Notes under the pieces: generated by a model
What the model was told of the DNA's origin: nothing
Database searches by the model: none
Seen by the model: the letters and a program-made list of their open reading frames with translations, nothing else
In this document: piece after piece, positions 62,757-64,000 of the stretch
Layout: the number at the start of each line of letters is the position of its first letter
How positions within the stretch are numbered: position 1 is the first letter of the stretch
Program-made: the position numbers and the translations under genes
Assembly: GCA_012295275.1 (NCBI GenBank)
Contig: CM022667.1
Coordinates: forward strand, 15,810,001-15,874,000
Reading direction: 5' to 3'
DNA length: 64,000 bases
DNA from: Chrysomallon squamiferum
Taxonomy: Eukaryota > Animalia > Mollusca

Positions 62757-64000
62757 TAATTTATTTATTTACTTATAATTTTAATAAAAACACCATGGAT
62801 AAAAACTAAAACTGACTGTCACTGAGTTTTTAATTTGTATGGACAAAAATATTTGTGCCATGGATTATATCAATTTTTTAATTTTTTATTTGTTTATTTA
62901 TTTATTTATTTATTTATATATTTATTTATTTATTTATTTATTTATTTATTCATAATTGGAAACAACATTTTTCTTTTTTCATTTATTTCAGCCTTGGCTT
63001 CAATAGGAATGTTATAATTATTTTTAAAACTGATTTACTCTTTCATACTTTTTTAGTAAAATTATAATTATGTGTATTACAGTTTTGAAAACTGTATTGC
63101 TTAGACCACTGTTAACATCACTGGCTGTAGAAAATAATTTAGTAAGAAGCAAGCTTTAGTTGGTTAATTGTCAGCAAAGTTTTGTCTCACTCTCTTTCTC
63201 TCTCTGTCGTTGTCACGCACACATATATAAATCATACAATGTCTCTCTCGTTCAGTAGTAGACATATATTCTAAAACTACACATAAGCTTACACAGAAAC
63301 AAATTCGTACATTTGTACATTTATAAATGAATGTAATTGCTCGCTATTAGTGACACAGAAATGCAGACACGTAACACGAATATCAGTATTATTAACATTA
63401 CTCCGAACTTCACTCTATTATGATGTGCAAAAGTATTTTTACAAACTTTAGTAACAGTGACATTTTTAAAAATAAAAACGTACAGTACTTACCTTCATAT
63501 ATCAGTTCAAATTACTGACCGTACAGAAATATAAAATGAAACAGAAAATATTTATCTTTATAATTAAATCCTTAAATTACGATCAGATAAAGATTTAAAA
63601 CCATAAACATATCAGTTTTATTCAACAGTTCATATGGATCTAAATTACAATGTAATATACAGTTAAATCAGAACTATCTGTCAGTTCAAATCACAGCTTA
63701 CGATAAATTTAGATGGAAATCTACGATCAGTAAAACTATTTATCGCTGGTGTGACTCTCTTCCTGACTGCATATCTGACTATCTATTTGTAATGATACAT
63801 ACGTAAACACGTAGAAACATGCGCGCTACATACGCAGCTAGATGCACACATACCTGCTCAGCTGAACACGCTAACTCACACGCACAAATTATGTTAGCTT
63901 GTTTTTTTATGACTGTTTCTGCTTGATGATTAAAAGCAAACAATGAACAACTATATTTAGCTGATGTTTACATTCTTAAGACGAAGCTATTTTTACAGTT

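Larger units (their letters stand above)
47040..64000 (+). repeat. Segmental tandem duplication unit 3 (contains SLC26 copy 3; includes a gap; runs off window)
   Basis: Colinear with unit 2; 63961-64000 matches 46441-46480. Confidence 0.9.

Overview
AT-rich, microsatellite-laden animal genomic DNA (invertebrate, plausibly molluscan; the taxon cannot be fixed from sequence alone). The window is a head-to-tail tandem array of a ~23-kb segmental duplication. Each unit carries one SLC26/SulP-family anion transporter (prestin/SLC26A5-A6-like, TM domain plus STAS) whose ~2.1-kb coding region lies in a single exon. Copies 1 (6423-8513) and 2 (27139-29229) are intact. Copy 3 (50244-52335) has three 1-bp homopolymer indels, probably consensus errors. 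The window ends in sequence that elsewhere precedes a copy, so a fourth is predicted just downstream. The protein keeps the SLC26 scaffold but has a rewired anion pocket (TM3 F->N; TM10 SLSR->APPR relative to prestin). Each spacer holds nested ~3.7-kb/~1-kb/~0.3-kb degenerate repeats and a ~7-kb structure with ~2-kb inverted arms around a CRE/CCAAT-rich loop. There is also a candidate in-frame upstream coding micro-exon (MKGEIEKLL). A Tigger/pogo relic occurs only upstream of copy 1. Two 200-N gaps and one error-rich stretch limit confidence in copy number and fine differences. No RNA genes or CRISPR arrays were seen.
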